From assembly GCA_046760205.1 (NCBI GenBank), contig JBHIDS010000001.1, forward strand, positions 1 through 36,429: a DNA stretch of 36,429 nucleotides. The letters run 5' to 3'. A program made the translations under genes and the position numbers. Below the pieces are notes generated by a model, which ran no database searches, was not told the origin of the DNA, and saw only the letters and a program-made list of their open reading frames with translations. The DNA is from Candidatus Methanofastidiosia archaeon (lineage in GTDB: Archaea; Methanobacteriota_B; Thermococci; Methanofastidiosales; SZ-28-30). Positions 8,773-17,513 of the stretch are shown here, one piece after another (within the stretch, counting starts at the first letter, position 1; each line of letters starts with the position of its first letter).

Positions 8773-9436
8773 CGAATACATAACGGAAAAGTATCTCAGA
8801 AATCTGCCTACGAAATTCTGTTCTGGTTGTGGTAATGGGATTATCCTAAACTGCTTTGCAAGGGCTGTGGACAACTTGGGCCTCGATAGAAAAGAGATAG
8901 TTTGTGTCTCTGGGATAGGTTGTTCCTCTTGGATTCCCTCTCCATACTTTCGCTCAGACACCATGCACGTCACTCATGGAAGAGCAATCCCCTTTGCCAC
9001 TGGAATCAAAATCTTCAACCCAAAACTCAAGGTAGTTGTTTTCACTGGGGATGGGGATGGGGCTGGGATTGGGGGGAATCACTTGATCCATGCTGCAAGG
9101 AGAGATATAGATTTGATGGTTATTTTGGTGAACAACAGAGTCTATGGAATGACTGGGGGACAGGTTGCTCCAACAACGCCAAAAGGTGCCAAAACCAAAA
9201 CATATCCCAAGGGAAATCCAGAGCCTGCCTTTGACCTTGTGAAGTTGGTTTCTTCTGCAGGGGCAAGATTTTGTGAGAGAACAAACACCTTTTATTATGC
9301 AAAACTCATAAAAATCTTAGAGAAAGCTTTAGAGTTCAAAGGATTTTCCTTCGTTGAGGTACTCTCTCAATGCCCTACCTATTATGGAAGTAGAAACAAC
9401 CTCAAACTCAAAGACCTCTTTCAAAGTTTGAGGTGA
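8753..9436 (+). CDS. korB: 2-oxoacid:ferredoxin oxidoreductase beta subunit (TPP-binding)
   Basis: 227 aa with CSGCGNGI and the TPP motif FTGDGDGAGIGGNH. The start is either GTG 8753 or ATG 8762, and it overlaps the end of alpha. Confidence 0.8.
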   Translation: MFWMRSNEYITEKYLRNLPTKFCSGCGNGIILNCFARAVDNLGLDRKEIVCVSGIGCSSWIPSPYFRSDTMHVTHGRAIPFATGIKIFNPKLKVVVFTGDGDGAGIGGNHLIHAARRDIDLMVILVNNRVYGMTGGQVAPTTPKGAKTKTYPKGNPEPAFDLVKLVSSAGARFCERTNTFYYAKLIKILEKALEFKGFSFVEVLSQCPTYYGSRNNLKLKDLFQSLR

Positions 9437-9440
9437 TGAA

Positions 9441-9938
9441 ATGTTAAAGTTCAGGTTTGCAGGAGAGGGTGGTCAAGGCATCATTTCGATGGGGATCTTG
9501 TTTGCAAAGGCAGCGTCCAAGAGTTTTTCGACCCTGCAAACCCAGTCCTATGGTGCAGAGGCAAGACTTGGAGCATGCAAGTCTGAGGTTTTGATCTCAA
9601 AAGAACCTATCTATGAGTTGGAAATCTCTCAAGTTGACTTTCTCTGCTGTCTTTCCTCTCAAGCTTTAAAGAGGTACAGAAATGATCTCTCAGATGAAGG
9701 TTTGATCTTAAAGGATTCCCTGATAGAGGGAGAGGGAGTTTCCATTCCAGCAATAGAGACTTCTCTCAAAGAATTTGGGGATGTGATCTTTGCAAATTCC
9801 ATCATGCTTTCTTATCTCACATCATACGTCGACCTTTTCCCTTTTAAGGATTTGGAAGAGGTTTTCAAAGATAGTTTTGAAGGAGAGCTCCTGAAAAAAA
9901 ATCTCAAGGCTCTAAGGCTTTCGAAACATTTTCAATGA
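9441..9938 (+). CDS. korG: 2-oxoacid:ferredoxin oxidoreductase gamma subunit
   Basis: 165 aa with the N-terminal FAGEGGQGI motif characteristic of gamma subunits. It starts 4 nt after the beta stop. Confidence 0.75.
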   Translation: MLKFRFAGEGGQGIISMGILFAKAASKSFSTLQTQSYGAEARLGACKSEVLISKEPIYELEISQVDFLCCLSSQALKRYRNDLSDEGLILKDSLIEGEGVSIPAIETSLKEFGDVIFANSIMLSYLTSYVDLFPFKDLEEVFKDSFEGELLKKNLKALRLSKHFQ

Positions 9939-10009
9939 CTTTTCGGTTGTAATCATGCATCACAGCTTCAAAACCAAAAACCTTATATTGAAACTTCCAA
10001 CTTTGGACA

Positions 10010-11158
10010 ATGGTTAAGAAGAGATTGAAGAAATTGAGAAAAAGCTATGAGAGCTATCTCAAATTCATCGCAAAGCTCCTGTTAACTGCCACCCCTCTTG
10101 CTATCCTCTTTCTAATCATCATGATTTTTTTGGAAGTTGAGGGTTTTAAAGATGAAGTGTTGAAGCTCTCAGAGCTTTCCGATGAAAGTCAAACTTTCAA
10201 TTCCCTATTTCTTAAAGATTTTCTTCCTGAGTTTTTATCTAAGATTTCCTATCTCAAGATTCTCTCAGGATTCCTTCTTTTAAGCCTCTTCATTTTGAAG
10301 AGAAGAGAGATTTTCAAAAGGTATGTGCCTGCAGTTTTCATCTCAGGAGGAATTTTGGGGCTTGCAAAGCCTCTGCTTGAAGGATTTCTACAGGTTGAAA
10401 ATCTTTCAAAGACTGCTTCAGAGATTGGGCAAAAGGTGGCCCTGGGAGAGGAAACGCAGAACTTCAAAGATTATTTTTTGAAGATCTTTTTGTACAATTA
10501 CTCTCTAAATCTCTTTCATCTCTTTATTTTCTTAGGTTTCCTCTCTCTTGGGATCTATCTTATCTCAAAGTTTGAGAGAAGAGAATTTGCAGAGAAAATA
10601 TGCACTTCCATTTTCCTCACAGCTGCAATCTTTGGAATCCTCTATCTTGGATTGAATGTCTACAACGAGTCCAAGGTAACTCAAACTCTCCTCGAAATTT
10701 ACAGAGAGTATGAAGATGCTGGTCAGTTTGAAGAAGGCACAGTAGCAAAGTTCATCGCAACCTCTGTAGTTCCCCAGTATCTCAAATTTGCATCGGATTT
10801 CCTCCTCTATTTAGGGTTTGGCTTCCTTGCTTTCTTCTACATGACCTCAAAAACTTCCTTTAGGAGGTACTCTGGAATTTCTATCTTTTTTGGTGCTAGC
10901 TTTGCCACCTTTTGGAAGCTCTTAAACCTTGGAAAGGCTGCTCAACTTTTGAGAAACGAGAGATTCGATGCCATAAATGCAATCTCCCAAGGAGAACCCT
11001 TTCAAACTCAAATTGGCTCAAAAACCATAGAGCTTACTTCAATGAAAGGATTCTACATCGAAAAGTTCGCAGCAACCTATTTAGATGAGATCTCAAAGTT
11101 ATTAATTTTTTTTGCTCTCATAATCTTAGGAATTTATGTTTATAGAAGAGAGACTTGA
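10010..11158 (+). CDS. polytopic membrane protein of unknown family with four internal repeats
   Basis: 382 aa with about 8 hydrophobic helices. It contains four roughly 90-aa units. Each unit ends in a helix followed by a basic patch (LFILKRREIFKRY / IYLISKFERREFAEK / FYMTSKTSFRRY / GIYVYRRET). Confidence 0.6.
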   Translation: MVKKRLKKLRKSYESYLKFIAKLLLTATPLAILFLIIMIFLEVEGFKDEVLKLSELSDESQTFNSLFLKDFLPEFLSKISYLKILSGFLLLSLFILKRREIFKRYVPAVFISGGILGLAKPLLEGFLQVENLSKTASEIGQKVALGEETQNFKDYFLKIFLYNYSLNLFHLFIFLGFLSLGIYLISKFERREFAEKICTSIFLTAAIFGILYLGLNVYNESKVTQTLLEIYREYEDAGQFEEGTVAKFIATSVVPQYLKFASDFLLYLGFGFLAFFYMTSKTSFRRYSGISIFFGASFATFWKLLNLGKAAQLLRNERFDAINAISQGEPFQTQIGSKTIELTSMKGFYIEKFAATYLDEISKLLIFFALIILGIYVYRRET

Positions 11159-11194
11159 GGCATGCAGTTACCTCTATCTCTCCTTTAATGGTTA

Positions 11195-11247
11195 TTCGTA
11201 TCAAAATTAATACGAAAACTTTAAATATTAGTATTACAATTAATACT
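11195..11247. promoter_or_regulatory. two related palindromes flanking a TATA-like box upstream of the ATPase gene
   Basis: TTCGTAT-caaaatta-ATACGAA spans 11195-11216. AGTATTA-caat-TAATACT spans 11230-11247. Both contain ATTAATAC (11206-11213 and 11239-11246, 33 nt apart). TATA-like CTTTAAATATT (about 11218-11228) lies between them, and the ATG is at 11249. Confidence 0.4.
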
Positions 11248-11248
11248 T

Positions 11249-12498
11249 ATGGAAGACGTGACAAGGTTCCTTAACCATTGGTGGCGAGAGGGTAAGGTAA
11301 AAGAAAGCCTGGCAAGAGAATATAAGAGAGAGTATTTCAGCGAATTGCTGGATTTGTTGAATGAAAGACAAATCATCGTTATATGTGCTTGAGGAGAGTT
11401 GGAAAAAGTACATTGATGTACCAGCTAATTCAAAATCTAATTAAAAAAGAAACAAATCCATTAAATATAGTTTATTTCTCCTTTGATAAAAAAGTCGGTG
11501 AGATCAAAGAGATCTTAAATACCTATTCAAAAATAACTGAAATAGATTATGAGAGAGAAAAAATATTTGTTTTTCTTGACGAAATCTACAAATTGAGTGA
11601 GTGGCACGAGGAATTGAAGCTACTCTACGATGCTTTGCCAAATGTGAAATTCGTTGTTTCTGGATCTGCGAGTTTGAAAATAGAAAAAGAAGCGAGAAAA
11701 AATCTGAATGGCAGAGCTTTTTATGTTGAGATAAAGCCTTTATCTTTCAAGGAATTTTTTGAACTTAAGTTCCAAATGAAATTAGAAAACATCAAAATCT
11801 GGGAAGAAAAATTGAGGATAAACTTCCCAATATTTCTTAGAAAGCCATTCCCAGAGATAATCGATTTTAAGCCAGAGAGAGTCGTAGAATACGTTAAGGA
11901 TTTGGTTTTGGATAAAATTATGTTTTCTGATTTTCCAACTACATTTGAGAGAGTTAACATTAATTTGCTACAAACATTGACTGAAATCTTTCTTTCCAAC
12001 CCATGCATGTATCTGAATATAGATTCCTTATCAAGAAATTTGAAAAAAAGCAAAAATGATATAATTTTTCACATTAAACTTCTCGAATTGGGATACATCA
12101 TCAAAATTGTCAAGAATTATCGTGGTTCAACTATCTCAGCGTCCAGGAAATTGAGAAGAGTTTATCCTTATCACCCCTCAATTGTTCAAGGGGTGTTTAA
12201 AGAAGTTGAAGAATCTAAATCAGTGGAATGTTATGTAAGAAGCCATCTAGATGCAGAATTCTATTGGAGAAAAAACAAAAAAGAGGTTGATTTTGTTTAC
12301 AATGGAATGCCAGTAGAGGTTAAGTACAAAGAAAGTATAGAAAAATCAGATTTAAAAAATTTGCTTAAATACATGAAGGAATTTAACACACAGAGGGGCT
12401 ATCTAATTTCAAAAAATAAATTAGATGAAATCCGTATCGATGATAAAATCATAAAAATTTTACCTGCATGGCATTTTGCCTTGAAGGGATTTGGATAA
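11249..12498 (+). pseudogene. AAA_14 / DUF4143-type ATPase, interrupted by a 1-nt frameshift inside the Walker A region
   Basis: ATG 11249 opens MEDVTRFLNHWWREGKV...ERQIIVICA and hits TGA at 11390-11392. The +1 frame continues (C)LRRVGKSTLMYQL... to 12498. Restoring one base in TGTGCTTG (for example TGT GGC TTG) would give IIVICGLRRVGKST, a normal P-loop context for this family. About 25% GC. Confidence 0.65.
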
Positions 12499-12552
12499 CT
12501 GTGAACAACATGCAACGAGGGTGGCGGGGGATTAAGTGTTTTAAGGAAAACC

Positions 12553-13314
12553 TCATCTGAACAAATCCCTCTCTTTTTCCCTTCTCATCTCTCTTGCAGA
12601 ACCCTCCCCCCTTAGGTAGTTTGCACCCCTTATTATCACAACAGGAATTCCCTCTGAAGCCTGACCCATCAAAAGAGATGCAGCAGATGCCATCTCGTCT
12701 GCCGTTGCAATCGGGCTTGCTCTCAAGGTGTAACCATAGAGATCATCCTCTCCTGCCCTCACCCATATAGGTTTCATTCCACTTAATCCAATGGCAACCC
12801 CAACTGCCCCTGAGATGAAAGGTCTTCCCTGGGTGTCGTTGATTATCACCACAAGCTTTCTTGAAGTGGCTTTCTCGAGTTTTTTCCTTATATCTTTCGC
12901 AGTTCTATCAGGATCATCTGGGAGAGTTATGACAAAGTGCTCTGAACCACGTACATTTGAATGGTCTATTCCTGCAGAGGCACAGATCAACCCATGCTTG
13001 GTCTCAACTATTATTGGACCCTCTCCGACCCTCAAAACCTCCTTTGATTCTCTCAGGATTAACTCACACAACCTGGCGTCCTTCCCACTCTTTTCTGAGA
13101 GTTTCAAAGCCTTTTTTGAAGGAGTTATTTTTCTGAGATCAAATATCTTCCCCTGAGCTTTGGAGACTATGGTTTGAGCAATGACAAAGACATCCCCATC
13201 TAAAATCTCAAGATTTGAGAGTTTACAGCATTTTAGGATTAATTGGGCAAGGTCATCCCCCCTCTCTATGAGAGGCATTGAAGGAACCTCTATCATCTCA
13301 ATCTTTCGCATCAT
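12553..13314 (-). CDS. cofE: coenzyme F420-0:L-glutamate ligase (CofE)
   Basis: 253 aa with VIAQTIVSKAQGK, ICASAGIDHSN, INDTQGRPFISGAVGVAIG and LLMGQASEGIPVVIIRG. Confidence 0.85.
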   Translation of the reverse strand: MMRKIEMIEVPSMPLIERGDDLAQLILKCCKLSNLEILDGDVFVIAQTIVSKAQGKIFDLRKITPSKKALKLSEKSGKDARLCELILRESKEVLRVGEGPIIVETKHGLICASAGIDHSNVRGSEHFVITLPDDPDRTAKDIRKKLEKATSRKLVVIINDTQGRPFISGAVGVAIGLSGMKPIWVRAGEDDLYGYTLRASPIATADEMASAASLLMGQASEGIPVVIIRGANYLRGEGSAREMRREKERDLFR

Positions 13315-13359
13315 TATAACTAAGAGAAGATTTTATAAAGCTATGTCTTATGTGAAAAC

Positions 13360-14466
13360 ATGATAAAAGAGTTATATCTCATAACGATTCTCGTTGTTCT
13401 CTTGGATTCATACTACTTTGCAATTTATCTTACTCAGAGTATAAAAGGAGGAAAAAAAAGAAAAGAGGTGAATTACTTCCCCTTTCTTTCTGTGATAGTT
13501 CCGGTTTACAACGGTGAGAGTACCATCAGAGAGTGTCTTTCCTCCCTCTTGAGGTCAGACTACGAGAACTTTGAAGTTATAGTGGTGAACGATGGTTCTG
13601 TTGATAGAACTTCAGAGATTTTAGGAGAATACAAAGAAATTGAGGTTTTGACGATTTCTCATGCAGGAAAATCTGAAGCCTTGAACTTTGGTATTCAAAG
13701 AGCCAATGGAGATATAGTCCTGACAGATGCAGACACCATCTTTGAAAAAGACACCCTCTCAAAGCTTTCAAGGAATCTTGAAAAATTCCATGCAGTGGCT
13801 GGGAACCTTCAGGTTCTAAAGGCAAAGGGTTTTTTTGGAAGACTTCAGAGAATAGAGCATCTGAGAGCCTCCATGTTCAAGAAGATTTCTCTCTTCAGAT
13901 CAAAGGTTGACATAATTCCAGGTCCAATTGGAGCCTACAGGAGGGAGATTTTCAAAGAGTGCAAATTTGCAGATTCCTTAGTGGAGGACCTTGAGTTCGC
14001 ATTAAAGCTTAAAGAGAAAGGTTTTAAAATAACCTACGAGCCTGAGGCTTTGGCCTATACAAGAATGCCAGAGAATTTGATGGCATTTCTCAAACAGAGA
14101 TTCAGGTGGAGTTTTGGAAATTTTCAGTTGGTGGTTGAAAAAAAAATCTCCCCTCTCTCAATTTTAGTAACTCTCTTTCTTGCATCTTTAGACCTTGCAA
14201 TCCTCTCTCTCGCCTTTCTTTTAAAAAGCTATGTTCTTCTTGCAGGTTTTTTTGCTTTTTTGAGCTTCACAATGGTTTGTGGAAATTTGATTGAGAGAGA
14301 AAAGCTGTTTTTTGATTCCTTCATCTTCCCTTTCTTCATGTGGTTTCTAGACTTTTTTATCCTTGCTCTCTACATTGCAGTGTTTTTAAGATACTTTCTT
14401 TTTGGCAAAAGAATTATAAGGATTTGTGAGAATAGATTATGGTGGTTTGTTGGAAAATGGAATTGA
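13360..14466 (+). CDS. family 2 glycosyltransferase, processive synthase type with C-terminal membrane domain
   Basis: 368 aa with VIVPVYNGE, VVNDGSVDRT, LTDADT, VEDLEF and the QxxRW hallmark QRFRW. It has one N-terminal and several C-terminal hydrophobic helices. Confidence 0.8.
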   Translation: MIKELYLITILVVLLDSYYFAIYLTQSIKGGKKRKEVNYFPFLSVIVPVYNGESTIRECLSSLLRSDYENFEVIVVNDGSVDRTSEILGEYKEIEVLTISHAGKSEALNFGIQRANGDIVLTDADTIFEKDTLSKLSRNLEKFHAVAGNLQVLKAKGFFGRLQRIEHLRASMFKKISLFRSKVDIIPGPIGAYRREIFKECKFADSLVEDLEFALKLKEKGFKITYEPEALAYTRMPENLMAFLKQRFRWSFGNFQLVVEKKISPLSILVTLFLASLDLAILSLAFLLKSYVLLAGFFAFLSFTMVCGNLIEREKLFFDSFIFPFFMWFLDFFILALYIAVFLRYFLFGKRIIRICENRLWWFVGKWN

Positions 14467-14908
14467 GGCTGCCAGAAAGCTGCACAGAACGAACCAGCAG
14501 ATAGTGAGAGAAAAACTGGGGAGGTATGATATTGGAGGAAACAACCAACAAGTTCTGGGAGAGAGGATCTATCAAGAGCTTCAAGTCAACAACCAGGTGG
14601 TGGGGGAGATAATCACATCTCTCAGAAAGAATGCATCCACCCTAAGATCGATAGGAGTCTATCTCTCCGAGATTGAAGAGGATGGCGAGGAATTCTTAAT
14701 AGACCAAGTTGGAATTCTGCTCTCTGAAGTAATCGAAGAGAACAAAAAGATTGTAGAAAACTTCAAGCTTCTAAAGGAGAGAAGAAAACGTTGGGACATC
14801 CTGTTTGAAATTCTTGAAAAGCTGGTGGAGATACTACCAGAGTTGGACGAGAACAAGCAAAAGATGTGGAGGTTTTTGGTAAACTCTAAGAAATCGAAAG
14901 AAATATAA
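14426..14908 (+). CDS. hypothetical coiled-coil protein
   Basis: 160-aa ORF with no ATG before residue about 146. The start must therefore be GTG 14426 or a nearby TTG, overlapping the GT2 gene end by up to 41 nt. Acidic and helical, with no family recognised. Confidence 0.45.
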   Translation: MRIDYGGLLENGIEAARKLHRTNQQIVREKLGRYDIGGNNQQVLGERIYQELQVNNQVVGEIITSLRKNASTLRSIGVYLSEIEEDGEEFLIDQVGILLSEVIEENKKIVENFKLLKERRKRWDILFEILEKLVEILPELDENKQKMWRFLVNSKKSKEI

Positions 14909-14990
14909 GTGAGAAAGGGAATGAATATGGAAGGAGTTGAGAAACTGTATATGCGAATTGCAGACATCCTGAAAAGTTGGAGGTCATTTA

Positions 14991-16379
14991 ATGGTCTTGA
15001 AGGTATACAACACCCTGACAAAGGAAAAGGAGGAGTTCGTGCCATTTGAACCCCTAAAGGTTAGAATGTATGTTTGCGGTCCAACTGTTTATGGTCCCGG
15101 ACACATTGGACATGCAAGAACTTATGTTGCCTTTGACGTTATAAGAAGATTTTTGGAGTATTTGGGGTATGAGGTTTTATTTGTCGAAAACATAACAGAC
15201 ATTCATGATGATATGATTTCAACTTCCAATGAAATGGGTGTTACAATCTTTGAGCTTGCAGAAAGGTACATAAAGTTTTTTTTTGAGGACATGAAGGCTT
15301 TGGGGATAAAAAAGGCAACGTACAATCCAAGGGTTACAGAAAATATAGAAGAGATAATCAGTATGATAAAGGTTCTTGAGGAGAAAGGATATGCCTATAA
15401 AACCAAAGACGGTGTTTACTACAAGGTTTCAAAGTTCAAAGATTATGGAAAGCTCTCAGGAATAAAGCCAGAAAGGAGAAAGAGCGGAACGAGAATTGAC
15501 ACCGACAAGTATGAGAAGGGGAGCTCTGCAGATTTTGCCTTGTGGAAGAGGAAAAGACCAGGAGAACCTTTCTGGGATTCTCCTTGGGGAAAGGGTAGAC
15601 CAGGATGGCACATAGAGTGCTCTGTCATGTCTGAAAAGTATCTTGGAAAGCAGTTCGATATTCACGGTGGAGCTATTGATTTGATATTTCCGCACCATGA
15701 GAACGAGATTGCCCAATCTGAGGCTGCAACTGGAAAGAGACCTCATGTTAAGTACTGGTTGCATACCGGGTTTCTAACCCTAAAAGGAGAGAAAATGTCA
15801 AAGTCTTTGGGAAATTACATTGAGATAAGGGATTTGCTTGAGAGGTGGGATCCTCAGATTTTTAGGTACTTTCTGATTTCAACCCATTACAGAAAATCCA
15901 TAGACTTCTCTGAGGAGAACCTTTTGGAGGCTCAAAAGGCTCTTGAGAGAATTAGAAATACCTACCTAAATGTAAAAATAGCCTTAAAGTTTGCAAAAGA
16001 TAAAAAGAAGTTCGATGTTGAAGGCTTTCGAGAGGAATTTATAAATGCCATGAAGGATGACTTCAACACCCCAAAGGCTCTTGCAACCCTCTTTGAGCTT
16101 GTAAGAGAGGTTAATACCTATATCGATGAGGGAGAAGTTGAAAAGGAATCTTTGAGAGAGATTCTTGAGGTTTTTTCAGAGTTTGTAGAAATTCTGGGGA
16201 TAAACTTTGAAAAGGAAAGAAACATCTCAACAGAGCTCATAGATTTGATTCTTGAGGTTCGAGAGAATTTGAGAGAGAAGAAAGACTTTAAAACCTCAGA
16301 TATGATCAGGGCAAGGCTTTCTGATCTGGGCGTTTTGGTTCAGGATACAAGAAAAGGGGCGAGATGGAGGTTTAAGTAG
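14991..16379 (+). CDS. cysS: cysteine--tRNA ligase
   Basis: 462 aa with HIGHARTY and KMSKSLGN class I motifs and Zn ligand contexts CGPTVY and HIEC. GGAGGTCA SD lies 8 nt upstream. Confidence 0.95.
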   Translation: MVLKVYNTLTKEKEEFVPFEPLKVRMYVCGPTVYGPGHIGHARTYVAFDVIRRFLEYLGYEVLFVENITDIHDDMISTSNEMGVTIFELAERYIKFFFEDMKALGIKKATYNPRVTENIEEIISMIKVLEEKGYAYKTKDGVYYKVSKFKDYGKLSGIKPERRKSGTRIDTDKYEKGSSADFALWKRKRPGEPFWDSPWGKGRPGWHIECSVMSEKYLGKQFDIHGGAIDLIFPHHENEIAQSEAATGKRPHVKYWLHTGFLTLKGEKMSKSLGNYIEIRDLLERWDPQIFRYFLISTHYRKSIDFSEENLLEAQKALERIRNTYLNVKIALKFAKDKKKFDVEGFREEFINAMKDDFNTPKALATLFELVREVNTYIDEGEVEKESLREILEVFSEFVEILGINFEKERNISTELIDLILEVRENLREKKDFKTSDMIRARLSDLGVLVQDTRKGARWRFK

Positions 16380-16468
16380 TGAACTAATTTCTAACTTTGA
16401 AGATATAAAAAAGCTTTTTAAAAAAATCTGTTAAGAAAGCTTTATATCCTCACTCAAAAAGTAGGAGC

Positions 16469-16789
16469 ATGATTCAAATAGAACTCAAGAACTTTGAGGA
16501 CTTCAAGAGAATATCGCATGGAAGAGACCTTTATGTAGAGAGAGAAGATGAGAAATTTATATATCATGCTCTTGTGAAAAACCAGGATTTTGAGATAATT
16601 TACATTTATAGATCTCCTCAAGAACTTGAGAGCACAACCTTTTTTGACTTTGATACAAAAGATGTTTTGGTGGCAGAGAACATCTATGAGATAGTTGGGA
16701 TGAGAGAGATGGAAAAGAAAGAATACAAAACCATAAAAGCTTCTCTTTCAACTGAAAATAATGATAAGCTCCAGCTTCATAATCCTTGA
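16469..16789 (+). CDS. hypothetical protein
   Basis: 106-aa ORF. TATA-like CTTTATATCC lies about 25 nt upstream. Its 3' end overlaps the next gene by 29 nt. No family recognised. Confidence 0.5.
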   Translation: MIQIELKNFEDFKRISHGRDLYVEREDEKFIYHALVKNQDFEIIYIYRSPQELESTTFFDFDTKDVLVAENIYEIVGMREMEKKEYKTIKASLSTENNDKLQLHNP

Positions 16790-17513
16790 GAGAGTGGGTT
16801 TTGTTACAGAGAGAAAGCTATGGAGATGTGGGATTAGAACCTGGGATGACTTCATAGGGGCAGATAGGATTGAGAGAATCTCTCAATTTAGAAAAGAAAT
16901 TTATGATGAGGAGCTTTTGAGAGCCAAGAGAAACCTTGAAATAAAGAAGGTTCAATACTTTTCTAAAAACCTACACAAAAGAGAGCACTGGAGATTGTAT
17001 GAGAAGTTCAAAAGAGATGCAGTTTTCTTTGATATTGAAACCACAGGACTGAACCCAGAGAGAAGCAAGATAACGACGGTGAGTCTTTATGATGGAAAAA
17101 ATTTAAAGACCCTTGTTCATGGACATGATCTTACAAGGGAAAACTTGAAAAGAGAGTTTGAAAGGTGCAAACTCTTGGTTTCGTTCTATGGTTCTGTCTT
17201 CGACCTTCCATTTATCGAAAAGAAATTTGGAATAAAGCTTGACCTGCCTCACTTCGATTTGTGCTTTGCCTCAAGGAGGCTTGGGTTGAAAGGTGGGTTG
17301 AAGGTCTGTGAGAAAATTTACAGAATTTCTCGAGCAGAGGAAGTTAGGGGAATAGATGGACTTGAAGCTGTAAGGCTCTGGCATAGATACGAGAGAGGTT
17401 CTCTGAAAGCCTTGAGAAAGCTCATAAAGTACAATCAGGAGGACACCAAAAACCTCCTGCCTTTTGCAGAAATAGTTTACAAAAAGCTTTATGAGAGGAT
17501 TTTCAGGTTCTAA
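16761..17513 (+). CDS. RNase H-fold (YprB/COG3359-like) predicted exonuclease with N-terminal helix-hairpin-helix-like segment
   Basis: 250 aa with FFDIETTGLNPERSKITTVSLYD (DEDD-type motif I), SFYGSVFDLPF and KYNQEDT. Confidence 0.65.
   Translation: MISSSFIILERVGFVTERKLWRCGIRTWDDFIGADRIERISQFRKEIYDEELLRAKRNLEIKKVQYFSKNLHKREHWRLYEKFKRDAVFFDIETTGLNPERSKITTVSLYDGKNLKTLVHGHDLTRENLKREFERCKLLVSFYGSVFDLPFIEKKFGIKLDLPHFDLCFASRRLGLKGGLKVCEKIYRISRAEEVRGIDGLEAVRLWHRYERGSLKALRKLIKYNQEDTKNLLPFAEIVYKKLYERIFRF

Noticed and set aside
7619-9302. Long alternative-frame and antisense ORFs within the kor genes (7619-7927, 7758-8096, 7825-8466, 8902-9234, 9120-9302).
   Set aside because: This is the most GC-rich part of the window, so stop codons are rare in all frames. 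The translations are Trp/Cys/His-rich nonsense, and the kor frames carry clear family motifs.
14921-15049. 42-codon ORF (MNMEGVEKLYMRIADILKSW...) overlapping the cysS start.
   Set aside because: It runs out of frame into cysS, whose own ATG has a strong GGAGGTCA SD. It shows no independent signals or recognisable sequence.
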